A stretch of DNA of 64,000 bases from Octopus sinensis. Lineage: Eukaryota. A program made the translations under genes and the position numbers. Positions within the stretch are counted from its first letter, which is position 1. Every line of letters starts with the position of its first letter. This document shows positions 39,627 through 52,639 of the stretch, one piece after another. Below the pieces are notes generated by a model that worked only from the letters and a program-made list of their open reading frames with translations, ran no database searches and had not been told where the DNA came from. The stretch spans positions 70,556,001 through 70,620,000 of the forward strand of contig NC_043009.1 of the NCBI RefSeq assembly GCF_006345805.1, in the 5' to 3' direction.

Positions 39627-40355
39627 AATGTATATATATGTATATATATATATATACATGTACACATAAACACATTTTCATTCTCATGAAACTATTGTAA
39701 GAAGGTATCTGAATTACCTTGGATCAAACTGCCGCTTTGTTACTCAGCTGGGAAATTGAAAACTTTCCCCACCGAATAGGATGGGGAGTCCTTCATCCAT
39801 GCTTAACCAGATATCATCTCAACAGGAAACTTATGCAGTTCATTGTTACATAAGATAATTTATACATAATGGTAATATTTCCAAAAATGTGAACTTTATT
39901 TTGCTGAGAAAATCAACAAATACTATATACCTATATCTATCTATCTATCTATCTATATATATATATATATATATATATGTATACATGTATGTATGTATGT
40001 ATGTATATATATGGAGAAAGAGAGAGATATACATACATACACAATACTTCCCGCACACGGCCGCGCAATATGGCCGTATCTTGAGATATTCGTAACGCTA
40101 ATATCAACAACGCATGCACTGGTTCAATTCCACTTCTCTGTTAATTGACGATTGGTTCCATAGACAGCCATCGAACTTATTCGATCGCACGTTTAACTTG
40201 TTGGTTAAACGGTCAAGCGTTTCTTTCCTTTTCTTTTCTTTTCTTCTGTCCATCAGAGTTCTTTCGCTGCCAGTCGCAACCTTTTCAGTGACCAGCACTG
40301 AAGGCTGCTGGTCGCCCGTCTGAGATCTGCTCTTATGTCTGTGTGCATGGATGCT

Positions 40356-40401
<46 letters not shown>

Positions 40402-41289
40402 GGTACATGTTGTTTACAAGATGGATGTAAGGATGGTAAAAAACGAAAGGTTTGTGTAAGTGTATGTACGTGCGTGTGTGTGTGTGTGAGTGTGTGTGTG
40501 CGTGTGTGTGTACCTTCATTTGATTGCGTCTATGTGTGTGTGTCGGTGATCATTTGTGGGTGTGCATATGCATTTGTTGGCCGAGGCCTATTTCAGGGTT
40601 AACTCCTCTGTCTTTAAATTTTGTCTTACGTTGGTTGTAGATTCATGGATTTACGTATGTCTCTGTGTGTCTGTGCATGTTTGTGTGTGTATGTGTGTTT
40701 CGGTGTATGTTTATGGTTAAACGTTATTGTGTCGCTGTATGTGTGCATATATCTGAGCGCGTGTGCGTGCGTGGGGTGTGTATGTCTGTGCATGTATGTG
40801 CGTGTGTGTGTGTTTACGTATGTCTACTTATGTGCGTACGTCCGTATGAGTAGTGTGTGTGATTGTGTGTTCCTGTGTGTGTGTGTGCATGTTTGTCCGT
40901 ATGTGCAAACGCGGGTGTGTATCGACGAATCTATTTTTATGGACCTGTCTGCGTTCTGTTGCTATTTTAATCCCATCTTCTACCTGTCTGTCTATGCCAA
41001 CTGATACACGTCTAGCTACCTCCATATTTACCTGCCTACCTACCCACCTACCCACCTCTTTATCTTTCTACCTCACCAACTCCCCAACTAAGCGGACTTT
41101 CTCTCTGCCTGCCCAACCACCTCCCTAACTCGCTCTTTGCCCATATTCCCATCTATACACTCTGACACATCCCCTTCTGCATGATGCATCCATGGTAATA
41201 GCACTGTTGACGTACCTCTGCCTACATATAACCAATATATTATGTATATTTCCCATTCATTAATGGTAATGCCTCGCTTATGAAGACAT

Positions 41290-42120
41290 CTTCATGGATT
41301 TGTCTAAGTGGAGGGTCATTTAGGTGCTTCGACAAAATACGTATCACAATTTGTCTCGGCGGTCCGCCGTGTTAATCTCTAGTCTGGTGATAGAGTATGG
41401 AACACAGTTTCTCGCCATTATACTCCCATCAGTGTCCCCTTTGCCTCTCCGCTAAACATTTAGAGGTCTCCCCAACGTATACTGTGTTCCTGTCGTGGCA
41501 AAGATCCTCCATGCTCTTTATGCTGTAAACTACTTTCCTTGTCTTATAGTTAATACAGGGGTTAACGGTACATATTACACAGCTTCTATCAGTGCATTGC
41601 TGAAGTTATACGTCCAGCATAATCGTGATCTGTGGATCTAACTGGATTCTCAACAATCTCAAAGTGGCGTTTGGTGTCCTTCAGAACCTGCCTAAATGAA
41701 TAAGCTACTTCCGCGTGTGGTGTGGCCTCTACAAACAACACTCCTTGTTATTTATCAGCCATGTCCCTTGTGTTTGCTTCGTTAGCTTCATCACAAATCT
41801 TCCGTAACACGCACAGTTGCTCTTTGAAACAACAGATGCAGTTTCGTATCGAATTTGATTAAGTGGTTCTTCAGAGTGGTTTTTACGGTAGCATCTATTT
41901 ATGGACTTTCCGACTCAATGGCTGTTCTCTGTATCTCGGATGGATCCATCCACTTCAGAGTTTTGTGGTGCCCTTCTTCGCTGCCGATGTGAGGATGGAG
42001 GTTAGTCTTCTCCATTCGGATCTGGTGGGAAAGAATCTGCTTAGGTCTTGATCGTCAAGGGAGATGATGTCATAACAGAGTTTTAGGAGGAGGATCTCGT
42101 GTTAATCCCCACTGAACTCT
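41290..42120 (-). mobile_element. Degenerate PLE fragment (linker plus GIY-YIG)
   Basis: Minus strand gives VLFVEATPHAEVAYSFRQVLKD, then KVVYSIKS...YVGETSKCLAERQRGH near 41440-41540. Confidence 0.8.
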
Positions 42121-42469
42121 ACTTTGCTCTCGCAGATTATCGCGTTACATTTCTCTACAGTAAAATCTACATCAATAGATGGATAGTGATACAACAACCA
42201 TACAGCCCCTTACACAACCTGTGAGATCGCTGGAGTGGCTCCACCCAGATACACAAATACATAATGCAATTAATTTAAAATCATTTTCGCGCACATACAA
42301 TCTAATCACCGAACCAAAAACATCAACATATACAAGTTATTAAATGATATGAATTATTGAATGATTAATAAAAATCATTATTCGCTACCGCAAAATTACC
42401 GAGTTTCCTCAATCCTTTGCTTATTATTTTAAAATGTTCTGATGATTGTCATTCTATTTACAATTTATT

Positions 42470-42830
42470 TTTATTCGAAAGCATTGAATGAGACATTGAA
42501 ATTCCTTTGCCTTCTGCCAGTTTCATTACATTGCCCTAGTTGCTGCCTTTCATGCTCTCACAAATGTTACCATACTCAATGGCAGCTTGATATCAATGTT
42601 CTGATTTCTGATTTCCCTTGTAATCGTTAAACACAGTGGAGTGTCCCCACTTAGGAATTTTCAAAGATTGCTAACGGCCATAATAACTTTCTTAAACCAT
42701 TTACTACTCTGGAGTCTGCGAATTACTTAACGCTTGCCTGTTCAATATTCAATGAGATATATTTGATGTGAGACTTACTGTTTAACGGGCAAATATTAGC
42801 ATTCCTACAGCTCCACATTTTAGATATATC
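42470..42830 (-). mobile_element. Highly decayed PLE GIY-YIG relic
   Basis: Minus strand gives CRNANICPLNSK (CxCR-x4-CPLNGxC motif); the rest is broken. Confidence 0.45.
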
Positions 42831-43009
42831 ATTAAGAACTGTAATTCAATTTTCATTACATAGCTCTTTATTCATAGTTAGTCACCTAATGGGTTTTGGT
42901 TATATATCTCCGTAAATATTTCATATACGTACTATCTACCAAACATAAGGATATGTTTATATTGTCTGTGTGTGTGTATTTGTGTGTGTGCGTGACATAA
43001 TATATCTAA

Positions 43010-43298
43010 ATACATTCTTGGAAGGAAAAAACCTTTCATGCTAGGATGATCATGAAACTATAAGATATAGTATTGTCTTTCATCTATTGTCTTTCATATA
43101 TATATATATATCGCCATGCTTAATCACTAAATCCACAAGTTTGTTTTTTAAATTCTCTCTGTTTATTTCCTCTTATTCTTTTCTGTTGGAAAGCGTAGGC
43201 TCGGTACATAAAAGATTCTCACCGTCCAGAGCCTCAAACTAATACACCTGCTTGTTGTTCATACACCTGGATTCGGCTTTTGTTTTTCTGTAAATTTC

Positions 43299-43338
<40 letters not shown>

Positions 43339-43517
43339 TAAGAAACATAAATTACCTGAATGAGCAGCTGACAAATGAAAAGGAGGTACATAATCGTACT
43401 CATTGGCTCGGAGCTGTTTCCGCTGCCAAGAACTTTACACCCAGAGATGAAAGACAATACTATATCTTATAGTTTCATGATCATCCTAGCATGAAAGGTT
43501 TTTTCCGTCCAAGAATG

Positions 43518-43521
<4 letters not shown>
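43010..43521. mobile_element. About 77-bp inverted arms enclosing (TA)n tracts and a nested short element with a dead hammerhead (43178-43214)
   Basis: 43010-43086 is the reverse complement of 43443-43521. The nested element reads CTTTT-CTGTTGG-AAAGCGTAGGCTC-GGT-ACAT-A-AAAG. Confidence 0.7.
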
Positions 43522-43601
<80 letters not shown>

Positions 43602-44039
43602 TGTGTGTGTATGTGTGTGTGTTTGTGTGTGTGTATATATATATATACATGAGTGTGTGTGCGCGTGCGTGTTTGTGAGTGCGCTCGGCCTTTTGATTGG
43701 AGCGTTGCCCTTACGAATGTGAGATCGTAGTATATATAAACAACCCAGTCTGAAATATATGAAATACTTATTTTCCCATCAAAACAGTAAGGTGTAAACA
43801 TTGATTCTAATATATATATATATATATAATTCACTTCTGTTTGGTTGTGATGGCGGCAGGGAAGGTGAAACATTTCATGAATAGAAGACCACACATTGAG
43901 ATATCGATATATTCCTGCTATGTACACTAAGAATTCCTGGTTATAACATTCGTAAAGCCAAAACTGCAGTGTAAGCTTTCCTATAATAAGCACATTTTTC
44001 TTGATGTGTAAACCACAGGGTTGTCGCTAAGCACTTGCA

Positions 44040-44870
44040 AACCCCTTCGGTCGTAGTGGGCCTCCGCGGTTGAGGTGCCCCATCTTAAGATAAACATACT
44101 AGATAAGTCATCTTTTTACTTTAAGATGTTGAACGGGAATTAAACTATTGGGTTCTCCGGAAAGTTCGTGCCGATTTATAGTAACTTACCTTTCGACTTT
44201 TTCCGTAAGGGGAAAAATGCCTCACAAAGCAACCAAAGAAATATGTGCAGTTTGCGGTGAATTTCTTTATCCGAAAGAACTGTACGGAAGTGGTTCGCAA
44301 GGTTCCGAGCTGGACATTGTCGCCCAATGTCAGTTATGAACAACGAATTCTCTTGCGAAATAATTCTACATATGACATAATTTATCATAATTTCTGGCAG
44401 AACTTCTGTCCTTTTGTAACGGCACGGTTTATTTTGCGACAAATCTGAAATTGTTCTGCTGTTATATCTGGCAGCTCATCAGACCACGTCAGACCACGTA
44501 CCGCTTTTCTTCTTCATTTTATTACGATACGAAATTCATGGTTAATTAAAGTGAGAAAACACCGTAAGTTGCCACGATGCAAACACAATGCTAACGAGTG
44601 AAATGAAGCGTTGATGCAAATTCCTGTCGAAGAGTCACTACAGAAAAGGAACTTCATCATGATCGTTCTACTTTCTACCAATCAAAATTTACTTTTTTTA
44701 CAAAATGCTATAGAAAGTAATTTGGACTAAACCAGAGAGATTCATGTTACCTACAAAGACGAGCAAGTCAAAACCGACTTTTGTCTCGCTACGGTCCAAG
44801 CACGTTGAACATAATCTCATCAGTTCCCTTCGAATATAGGCATGTGTGCTCCTTTGAGGGCGGCCAGGGG
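44040..44870. mobile_element. Possible piggyBac-like non-autonomous element (one end clear)
   Basis: The right end GCGGCCAGGGG abuts TTAA (44871-44874), the piggyBac TTAA-CCC signature. The left end is not matched and no transposase motif was recognised. Confidence 0.35.
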
Positions 44871-45769
44871 TTAAATTGCAAGTACAAATGATATTGATAT
44901 CAAGTTAAAGATTAATCGACGATCTGCGCCAAGATTAATATTTCAATGAAGCTAATATGTTTTTTGATTAGCTTCTACTTGGAAGCAAATAGCAATACTG
45001 TCAAGAAATTATGTTTTACTTCCTGGCGTTGACAACATATTTCCCAAAAGAATTTTGGTGTGTTTATATCTTTTACAGAATTAAATTAAATCGTGATTAA
45101 TAGTAAGATAAACATTGTCCATTACCTCCCAACGCTGCTGCTTCCTTTAGCATCATGAGTTTGGTACTATTTCGGCCCTAATGGAAATCTCACCATACAA
45201 TATATAGTGAGGTGATGCAGTAAAATAACTAAGATAGAGAGGAACGGTGGGAGGTGAGGTATGTGGAGACGCGAGTTGTGCGGAGGGGGGGGGAGAAAAA
45301 AGAGAAAGTAAGAAATGAAGGTCAGAGATGAAAGAGGCAAGTATCAAGGGATGTTAAGATATAGAACGAGAGAGGCAGTGGTTAGAAGAAATTGAGGGAA
45401 TGTGAAAAGGATGCTAAAGTATACATTCAGACAAAGAAGGATAGAAGGGAGAGTGAGGGCAATATATGTGTGTGTGTGTGTGTGTGTATGTATGTGTGTA
45501 TACATGCATATATGTGTACAGGACATCATCGACGGCGCAAAACATGAAATACGTAAACAACGAGAACAAACATGGAAAACAGGACAATATATAAGATGGA
45601 CTCTCCCGTTGTTGGACGATTTATGAGGGTTCGGCAATTTCTTGCCGAACAACCACACAAATGGTTCGTTTATAGTGATCAAATGTTTGTGTATACAGAA
45701 GCTCACTCCCTCCATCCGATCGACATTACCTGTACAGGTGCACCATATGCCACATGTCAGATTACGAAA

Positions 45770-45900
45770 TGATTGCCGAGTAACGTGAAATGAGGTGCTA
45801 CGCTCAAGAACACAGCACAACGCCGGGTCTGGGAATCGAACCCACGATCTCGTAATCGTGAATGCAAAACACTAAACGGTAACCACTAAGCCATGTGACG
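45770..45900 (-). mobile_element. SINE 5' fragment
   Basis: GCTCAAGAACACAGCACAACGCCGGGTCTGGGAATCGAACCCACGATC resembles 36628-36680. Confidence 0.75.
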
Positions 45901-46427
45901 TATGGCACAGTAGGAAGCGGGAATAAGCTAAATAAATGTTTTCATGGGAATCTTGGATGGACGAATGGAGGGATGTAAAATGAGAGAGAATGAAAGATAA
46001 GTGTGAGTAAGAATTAGATTTCGGAAGAAAGAGTGAATGAAAGGAATATAGCAGTGAAGGAATTAAAACAGAGTTGTTATTCAATTTGTTTTAAGAAGCC
46101 ATTGAAATATTCAGCGAAAGAGAGAGAGAGAGGGGGGAAGAGAGAGAGAGAGATATAGTGTGAGAGAGATATAGTGTGAGAGAGAGGATAGGAAAATGTT
46201 TATTCTTAATTCTGTTAAACATTTATTTAAGCGGTTTGGTCGAATGCTTATTATGGAAAATCAGCCACAGAAATGAAGAGATATTCTATTAAATTTGCCA
46301 TAAACACATGTAATTAATGTAGATTTTGTTGTCAACTAAATCAACACTAGTGTATGGCTGGCTTCCTGCATATGTGAAGTGAAAATGACAGCCAAGCAAA
46401 ACAACATATATATTACTCGCGCGCGCC

Positions 46428-46465
<38 letters not shown>

Positions 46466-46469
<4 letters not shown>

Positions 46470-46970
46470 GAAATCAGCTGCCCAGCAGATGTTAACATAA
46501 AGCTGAAGATCAGTGAAAAAGAGACCACCTATGCTGAACTATTGAGAAGTTTGCAGTTACTCTCTCCAGATTGCAAGTCCAGGTTTATACCTGTAATTAT
46601 TGGAACCCTGGGACATGTAACACGCTCCCTAGATAATAATGTTGAGAAATTAGGCTTCTCAAAACTAGAAAAGAGAAAGCTAGTTCGAAGACTACAGATC
46701 CAACTCATCATTGGAACTGTAAAAATCTGTAAAACTTACCAGAGATTTATCATTTAAATATATATGAGCATGTCTAAACATGCAACTATATGCATGAGAA
46801 TACATACACAAAGCAAAACATACAAATCTGCACATATATATACATACATACATACATACATAAGACAATACCCTGTTGTTGATGTGGAAATTCCAAAAAA
46901 GGAACCTCGGAACTAGTTTAGAAACCGGTTCTTTATCGGCAAGAAATCTTGAAATAAACTGAATAATGAC
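46466..46970 (+). mobile_element. RLE-type non-LTR retrotransposon 3' end plus 3' UTR
   Basis: ORF EISCPADVNIKLKISEKETTYAELLRSLQLL...FIPVIIGTLG; same family as 62570-63330. Confidence 0.8.
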
Positions 46971-47282
46971 ATACCTGGTGGTTGTCTACTCATGCAGAAT
47001 TTGACCACCTCATTTACCTACACCATAGAACCTTCATGACATCTGATGTGGCTTTTTAAACCAGACAATGGTCGCTCTTGAGTGATTTTGGTAACATATA
47101 ACCCAGAACAAGCTGTCGCATGGTAGGGTTGTCGGCGACTAAACTGGCAATCCTACCAGGCTTGCTTGGTGAGGCGGGTGCTGTTGGACACCCTGCGAGA
47201 TAAAAAATAAAACCAGTTAAACGGCGGAGGTACTCCTGAACGACCAACGGCCATCCTACAAAATAACATACCTACATACAAA

Positions 47283-47765
47283 CAAAGGATGAAAGGCAAA
47301 GTCGAACTCGGCGGAGTTTGAACTCAGAACGTAGCGGCAGACGAAATACTTATTTCTTTACTACACACAAGGGACTAAACACAGGGGACAAACAAGGACA
47401 GACAAACAGATTGAGTCGATTACATCGACCCCAGTGCGTAACTGATACTTATTTAATCGACCCCGAAAGGATGAAAGGCAAAGTCGACCTCGGCGGAATT
47501 TGAACTCAGAACGTAACGGCAGACGAAATACCTATTTCTTTACTACCCACAAGGGGCTAAACACAGAGGGGACAAACAAGGACAGACAAACGGATTAAGT
47601 CGATTACATCGATCCCAGTGCGTAACTGGTACTTAATTTATCGACCCCGAGAGGATGAAAGGTAAAGTCGACCTCGACGGAATTTGAACTCAGAACGTAA
47701 CGGCAGACGAAATACGGCTACGCATTTCGCCCGGTGTGCTAATGTTTCTGCCAGCTCGCCGCCTT
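47283..47765 (-). mobile_element. SINE head followed by tandem units of about 183 bp (about 2.5 copies)
   Basis: GGATGAAAGG recurs at 47287, 47469 and 47653. The minus-strand head AAGGCGGCGAGCTGGCAGAAAC lies at 47765. Confidence 0.9.
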
Positions 47766-47814
47766 GTAATTTACATTCTGACATGACAATCCCATCGATG
47801 TTGTTTAATCAATA

Positions 47815-48180
47815 TCTATAAAGCTGAAACGCGAAAAAGTTGTTTGTCTCATTTTGGGATGGGAACGGTTTAAACGGAGCTGGAAGGGGATTAAAATTTA
47901 CAGGAGGGGGTAACTTGAGGTGAGAAATTGACTGGGAGTGGTTGCTTTGCTGTGAAAACGGGTAATTTATTGATTTTTGGAGACACTTGGGGTTCTAGAA
48001 TGGACACCTTTTGCCCGATTTCAATCAAATTTTCAACATGGTGAAGTAGAAGCGGATTTGTAATTTAAGCGCGGTAAATGGGTTCGAAATTTTGAAAATT
48101 AAGGCAAGATCTAAGAAAAAGAAAGGAAGCAACGGAAATCACACCCTCACCCGCGCGTAGAGCGGGTCACCTTAAGCTAG
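47815..48180 (+). mobile_element. Non-autonomous Helitron
   Basis: 5' TC preceded by A, a subterminal hairpin ACCCGC-GCGTAGA-GCGGGT (48149-48167), and 3' CTAG followed by T. Confidence 0.8.
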
Positions 48181-48182
48181 TA

Positions 48183-48220
<38 letters not shown>

Positions 48221-48299
48221 GTTTTCACATAGTCTGCTTTGCTTCGGTCCCCTTCTGTTAGGTTGCTGAAGTTGTTTGGTTGATGGCCGATGCTGCTGT

Positions 48300-49130
48300 G
48301 AGAAATTGATTCCTCATCACTTTTCTTAATCATTGCTGTGACTGGCTGTGTTTGGCTTCACTGAATATGATGGTGAAGTGAGATCGCTGGTCTCATGACT
48401 GCTTCTTGGATTGAAGACTAGTATTTTGCATTTGACGATCCACCAGTTGAGCTCACTATTAACATAGGATTTGAGACTGTTGCTTTGGTTTTTCTTTTTA
48501 AATTTCTATAAAGAATGATTTTAAGGTTTCCTCGCACATAAGTAGTCATCTTTACGATTTCGCCACTTTGTTCGACTCACAGTTCCGGTATTCCTTAGCT
48601 GTCTTGTGAAGGTGTGAGAACTAGTGTGTCTAAGGTGGTCGCACTCGATCCCATATCCTTAAACTTTATGCATGCACTTTCCAATTAACTTGAAGCCAGC
48701 AAGGCGGACATCATCACCGATATTTTTGTCACTTCTGTATTTCTCATTCCTAAATACCACGGAAAAATGCTGCGTAGGTGCTGGCTTATTATTTCGGTTT
48801 GGAAATGCTTTTAAATATTTACGCATCGAACTGTTTGATTTTCCTTTTCAAATGAAAGATATTTCACTTTAAAATTCTCTTGGCTTTTTTCCTTTCGATT
48901 TTGGACAAAATGAGACCTTCCCTTGCAACTTCCATAAGACAGAGGTATGCTAGTTTCCTCTTCTCGCAAACCTTTGTAATTACTCCCAGAAAGCTGGCCC
49001 TAGTTTGGTGTAAAAAGCATTATTTTGCATTTGATTTCTTTGGGAAATGTATCATGCCGAGGGTATTCCTTTTACACAATCCACGAATTAATGTTTATTC
49101 TTGTTCGTGTTTTCGCCCGAAGCAATACGT
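48300..49130 (-). mobile_element. Possible decayed PLE (RT thumb to GIY-YIG)
   Basis: Scattered minus-strand motifs LIRGLCKR, YGIECDH and IQEAVM; no continuous frame. Confidence 0.35.
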
Positions 49131-49639
49131 GTTGTCATACTATTGTTGTTAATGTGATTGCTGTTGTGAATGATGATGATGATGATGATGTTGCCGACAC
49201 GATTTCTACTTGCTTTAGTAGTGATGACTGTGTTTTTCTCTCTCTGAATATTTTCATTAGTCTTCTGTTTTTGTGAAAATATATTATTTTCAGATTTTCG
49301 ATTTTCATTTTAGTGGAGCACCATGACATGTTCACGATCTTTTAATGTTGGTGAGGTAAGAGAGACAAAAAAATATTATCTAAATTAAAATTAAAATCTT
49401 ATTTTGTTGTCAGACCTTGTAATGGGAAATTCAAATGCATGAATTTGTAGGCGAATATTTTTCGGCGAAACATTCTATTACTTTGAAGAGAGACTTGTAA
49501 AACAAATCTCCTTCGTCAGCATTGACTACTACTACTACTGCTACTGCTACTACTACTACTACTAATAATAATAATGATGATGATGAGGATAATAATAATA
49601 ATAAATAAATAAATAACATCTAAATGAAGCGCGTAATGG

Positions 49640-49850
49640 AAGAAAAGAACAAGACTGAAATACAAAGTCCATGGCCAGTTTTAGAGATCCGCTGCTGATT
49701 TTCGTAGATGTTCTACCTTCACACTTGCTCCGAAATCTTTCGGTTGTGTTGGTATTTGAGTGTTGAAACTTCCAAGTCCAACAATTACGACTGGTATCAC
49801 GCCTACCCGCTTCATTAACTACAGCCTTCGTATTTCACAGTATTATTACA
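49640..49850 (-). mobile_element. RLE-type LINE 3' fragment between AAT-type arrays
   Basis: Minus strand gives KYE...VIPVVIVGLG, flanked by (TAA)n on both sides. Confidence 0.5.
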
Positions 49851-49854
49851 ATTA

Positions 49855-49901
<47 letters not shown>

Positions 49902-51930
49902 GTGGAGGAGGAGGAGGAGGAGGAGGAGGAGGAAGGGAGGAAGAGATGGTAGGTGAGGAAATTAGCGATTGATGATTTATGAAAATTGACTTGACACGGA
50001 TTTCGTTCATTTAATATTATTTCAACAGAATTTTCATCCTTGTCGGATTCCCATAGACACAATAATAATGAAATATGAAGAATGCACAAACGTGAATCTC
50101 TTCACAACATTCCTTTGTTCATAATTGGTTAAGACAAGAAAAAATGTTTAAAAAATAATCGGAGAGAAGCTTTAGTAAAATCGTTTTGTTTAAATCTCAT
50201 GGGAACATCTTTTTTTTTTATATCTACCCTACTCACCAGCAAGCGTAGAATGTTAGTAATTTACAAATATAACTGTTTCCAATTTGAAGATTGAAAATTC
50301 TGAGGGTTTATGAAAATGCGCACTTTCAGGGGTTCGCCAAAGTCCCAGTCATTTGGAGTTAGACGCTCGACAAGTTCTGTCAAGTATCGTCCTTGTGGCT
50401 GACGTCATACTTATGCCTATTACATCTGTTGTTTAATTTGTTTGTAGTGTAGTCAACCTAAGTGAAGTCGTCTTTGATGAATTCCGATGCTTACACGAAA
50501 TGGGAATTGTTATAAATCGCAACTTCTGTATGAGTAATAATATTTCTTTTAGAACTTGCGATGGAGTTGATGGCACTCAGACTGTTGCGCAATGAAAAGG
50601 GCTTATCACTCCTGTGATTATTTTTATGGAAATAATATTTAGCTGACATTTGATTACGATAAGACGAACTAGTTAATATTATCCCTTTTTATAACGCTTA
50701 AAGGCAAAAACAAGCAGATGAAGAAATAGCTTTTTAAAAAATGGACATTTTTCAAGCGTATTTTGATTAAATGCCTTGGATCATATTTGAAATGTGGAAT
50801 CATCAAGTGTCTGCATATGAACAATCAAGCTGCAACACTTGAAATCGTGCAACACTTGAAATACCAGCGACATTTCAGTGCCTCTTAATAACGAATATAT
50901 TTCGTTTATGACTGCTTAAATTAGACTTGAAAGTTAATTTTAGATGTCTTTTGCGGTTCCTTTTATCGTGGTTCCCTATAACTGCGTTTGACATAATGAT
51001 ATAAAATCATTTTGCATGTGTTCAAATTTCTCGTCAGTACATGTCCATTTTATTCTCAACCACTGGGATAATTTTCTAAACATGAAATTTTCTGTTAAAT
51101 TCGCTATCTACATGTCTGCATCTAACATACAACCCGTTTTTTTCTTACAAAAACTGTACAAACTGTAATACAAGAGATTGCAAGTTTTGGTTAAAACTGT
51201 ATGTCTAAACAATTTGCAAAACATTTAGGTTGTTTCCACGCCGTTTTCACGAAATTCTAAAAGTTAACACATTGTATCACACACACACACTATGACCTAA
51301 AGCCTATATTCGCAGATATTGAGACAATGCAAACATTTAGCAAAAGCGCTTACTAGCAAACACTATGTCAAAGCAATTTTAGCGAAACTGGTCGGCAGAA
51401 CAACTCCAACGCAACTAGAAGTCGAAGTAAGAAACTATCGTTCAAGGTCGTTTGAGTCGCTAATACCAAAAATATATTGAATTCACATGCTGTTAGATAT
51501 AGTTTTTTCCTATTACAGAGCAAAACATTTCAAAATGTCTTTGTCTTTTATACGCTGCTTAGGAGTTTATTTTTCCTTTGTTTCTTCTTTCCTCAATTTG
51601 TTTTATTATTTTGATGAAAGCTTTTAATTGTTTGCCTATTTTTCGCATAAATCGCATATTCGTTTGGGTCTCAAATATTGAAAGTAAGATTAGTATATGA
51701 GTACCTTTTGAATGTTAAATCTAATATTTCGTTTCGGAATATGATAGCTAAAGTCAATGAAATGCATTGCTAAATATAAATTTATATTGTCTTCAGAAGA
51801 CACATCTACCGACTGGTAGTTATACACATAGAGCTAGTAATTCAAGAGCTGATTGTTAAACAAAACGAAAATTATCCACATCTATTATTTCATTTATACA
51901 TACATACATTTATATGTATATACACACACG

Positions 51931-51964
<34 letters not shown>

Positions 51965-52239
51965 CACACACATACACACACGCATATATATATATAAATA
52001 CATATACATATATATATTTATAGGTTATGAGCGGTAATGGTGTCAGTAGGACCCAAAGGTGTCAGGTAATGCTAAGTAAGGGCTATGGATGGACCATAGT
52101 TAAGCTTCAGGTTCGGTGATTATGCGAATGAGGAGTCCAACGTAGGTCAGATACCAGCATGTGTATACATAAAAAAAAATTTCAGTATGAAATAAAAAAC
52201 CAGGACTGTGAAGATTTTAGAACATTTATAAATAGAAGC

Positions 52240-52285
52240 TCTTACAGCTGTTTCCGGGATATTTTTTATATCTCTTCATCGGAGA
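52240..52285 (-). ncRNA. Hammerhead motif of the CCGATGA family (same as 510-561), within a PLE-like relic at about 52020-52560
   Basis: TCT-CCGATGA-A-GAGATAT aaaaaa ATATCCC-G-GAA-ACAGCTGT-A-AGA. Confidence 0.6.
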
Positions 52286-52639
52286 CGGTGTGAGAGGATG
52301 GTTAAGTAATAGTTAATTTAGATAAGAAATGAAATAGAGAGTGAAGTGGAGGAATGAAAACAGATGTCAGATATCCAGGGATATTGCATTTGTAGATCCA
52401 TTATTTAGGCGGAATAGTATACATATAAGATTCCAATAACGTGTGAGTAAATTCCGATAGTATTTAAAGTTCTTCATTCCAAGTATAGAGTTTGTACACA
52501 CTGCTATTGAATCAAGGGTATTATTTAAAGTGACCTAAAAGTAGGGAATGCATTTGTAAGGACACAAAAGTTATTTTTTCTTTGCGTAGTTTGTAAATTT
52601 ATGAAAAATTTGTTGACCGATTTGCTTGAGTTGCAAATC

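Noticed and set aside
44446-44490. Minus-strand hammerhead-like CTGATGA-GCTG...CAGC-AGAACAATTTC
   Set aside because: GAAA and stem III are both broken and stem I is 1 bp; it could be chance.
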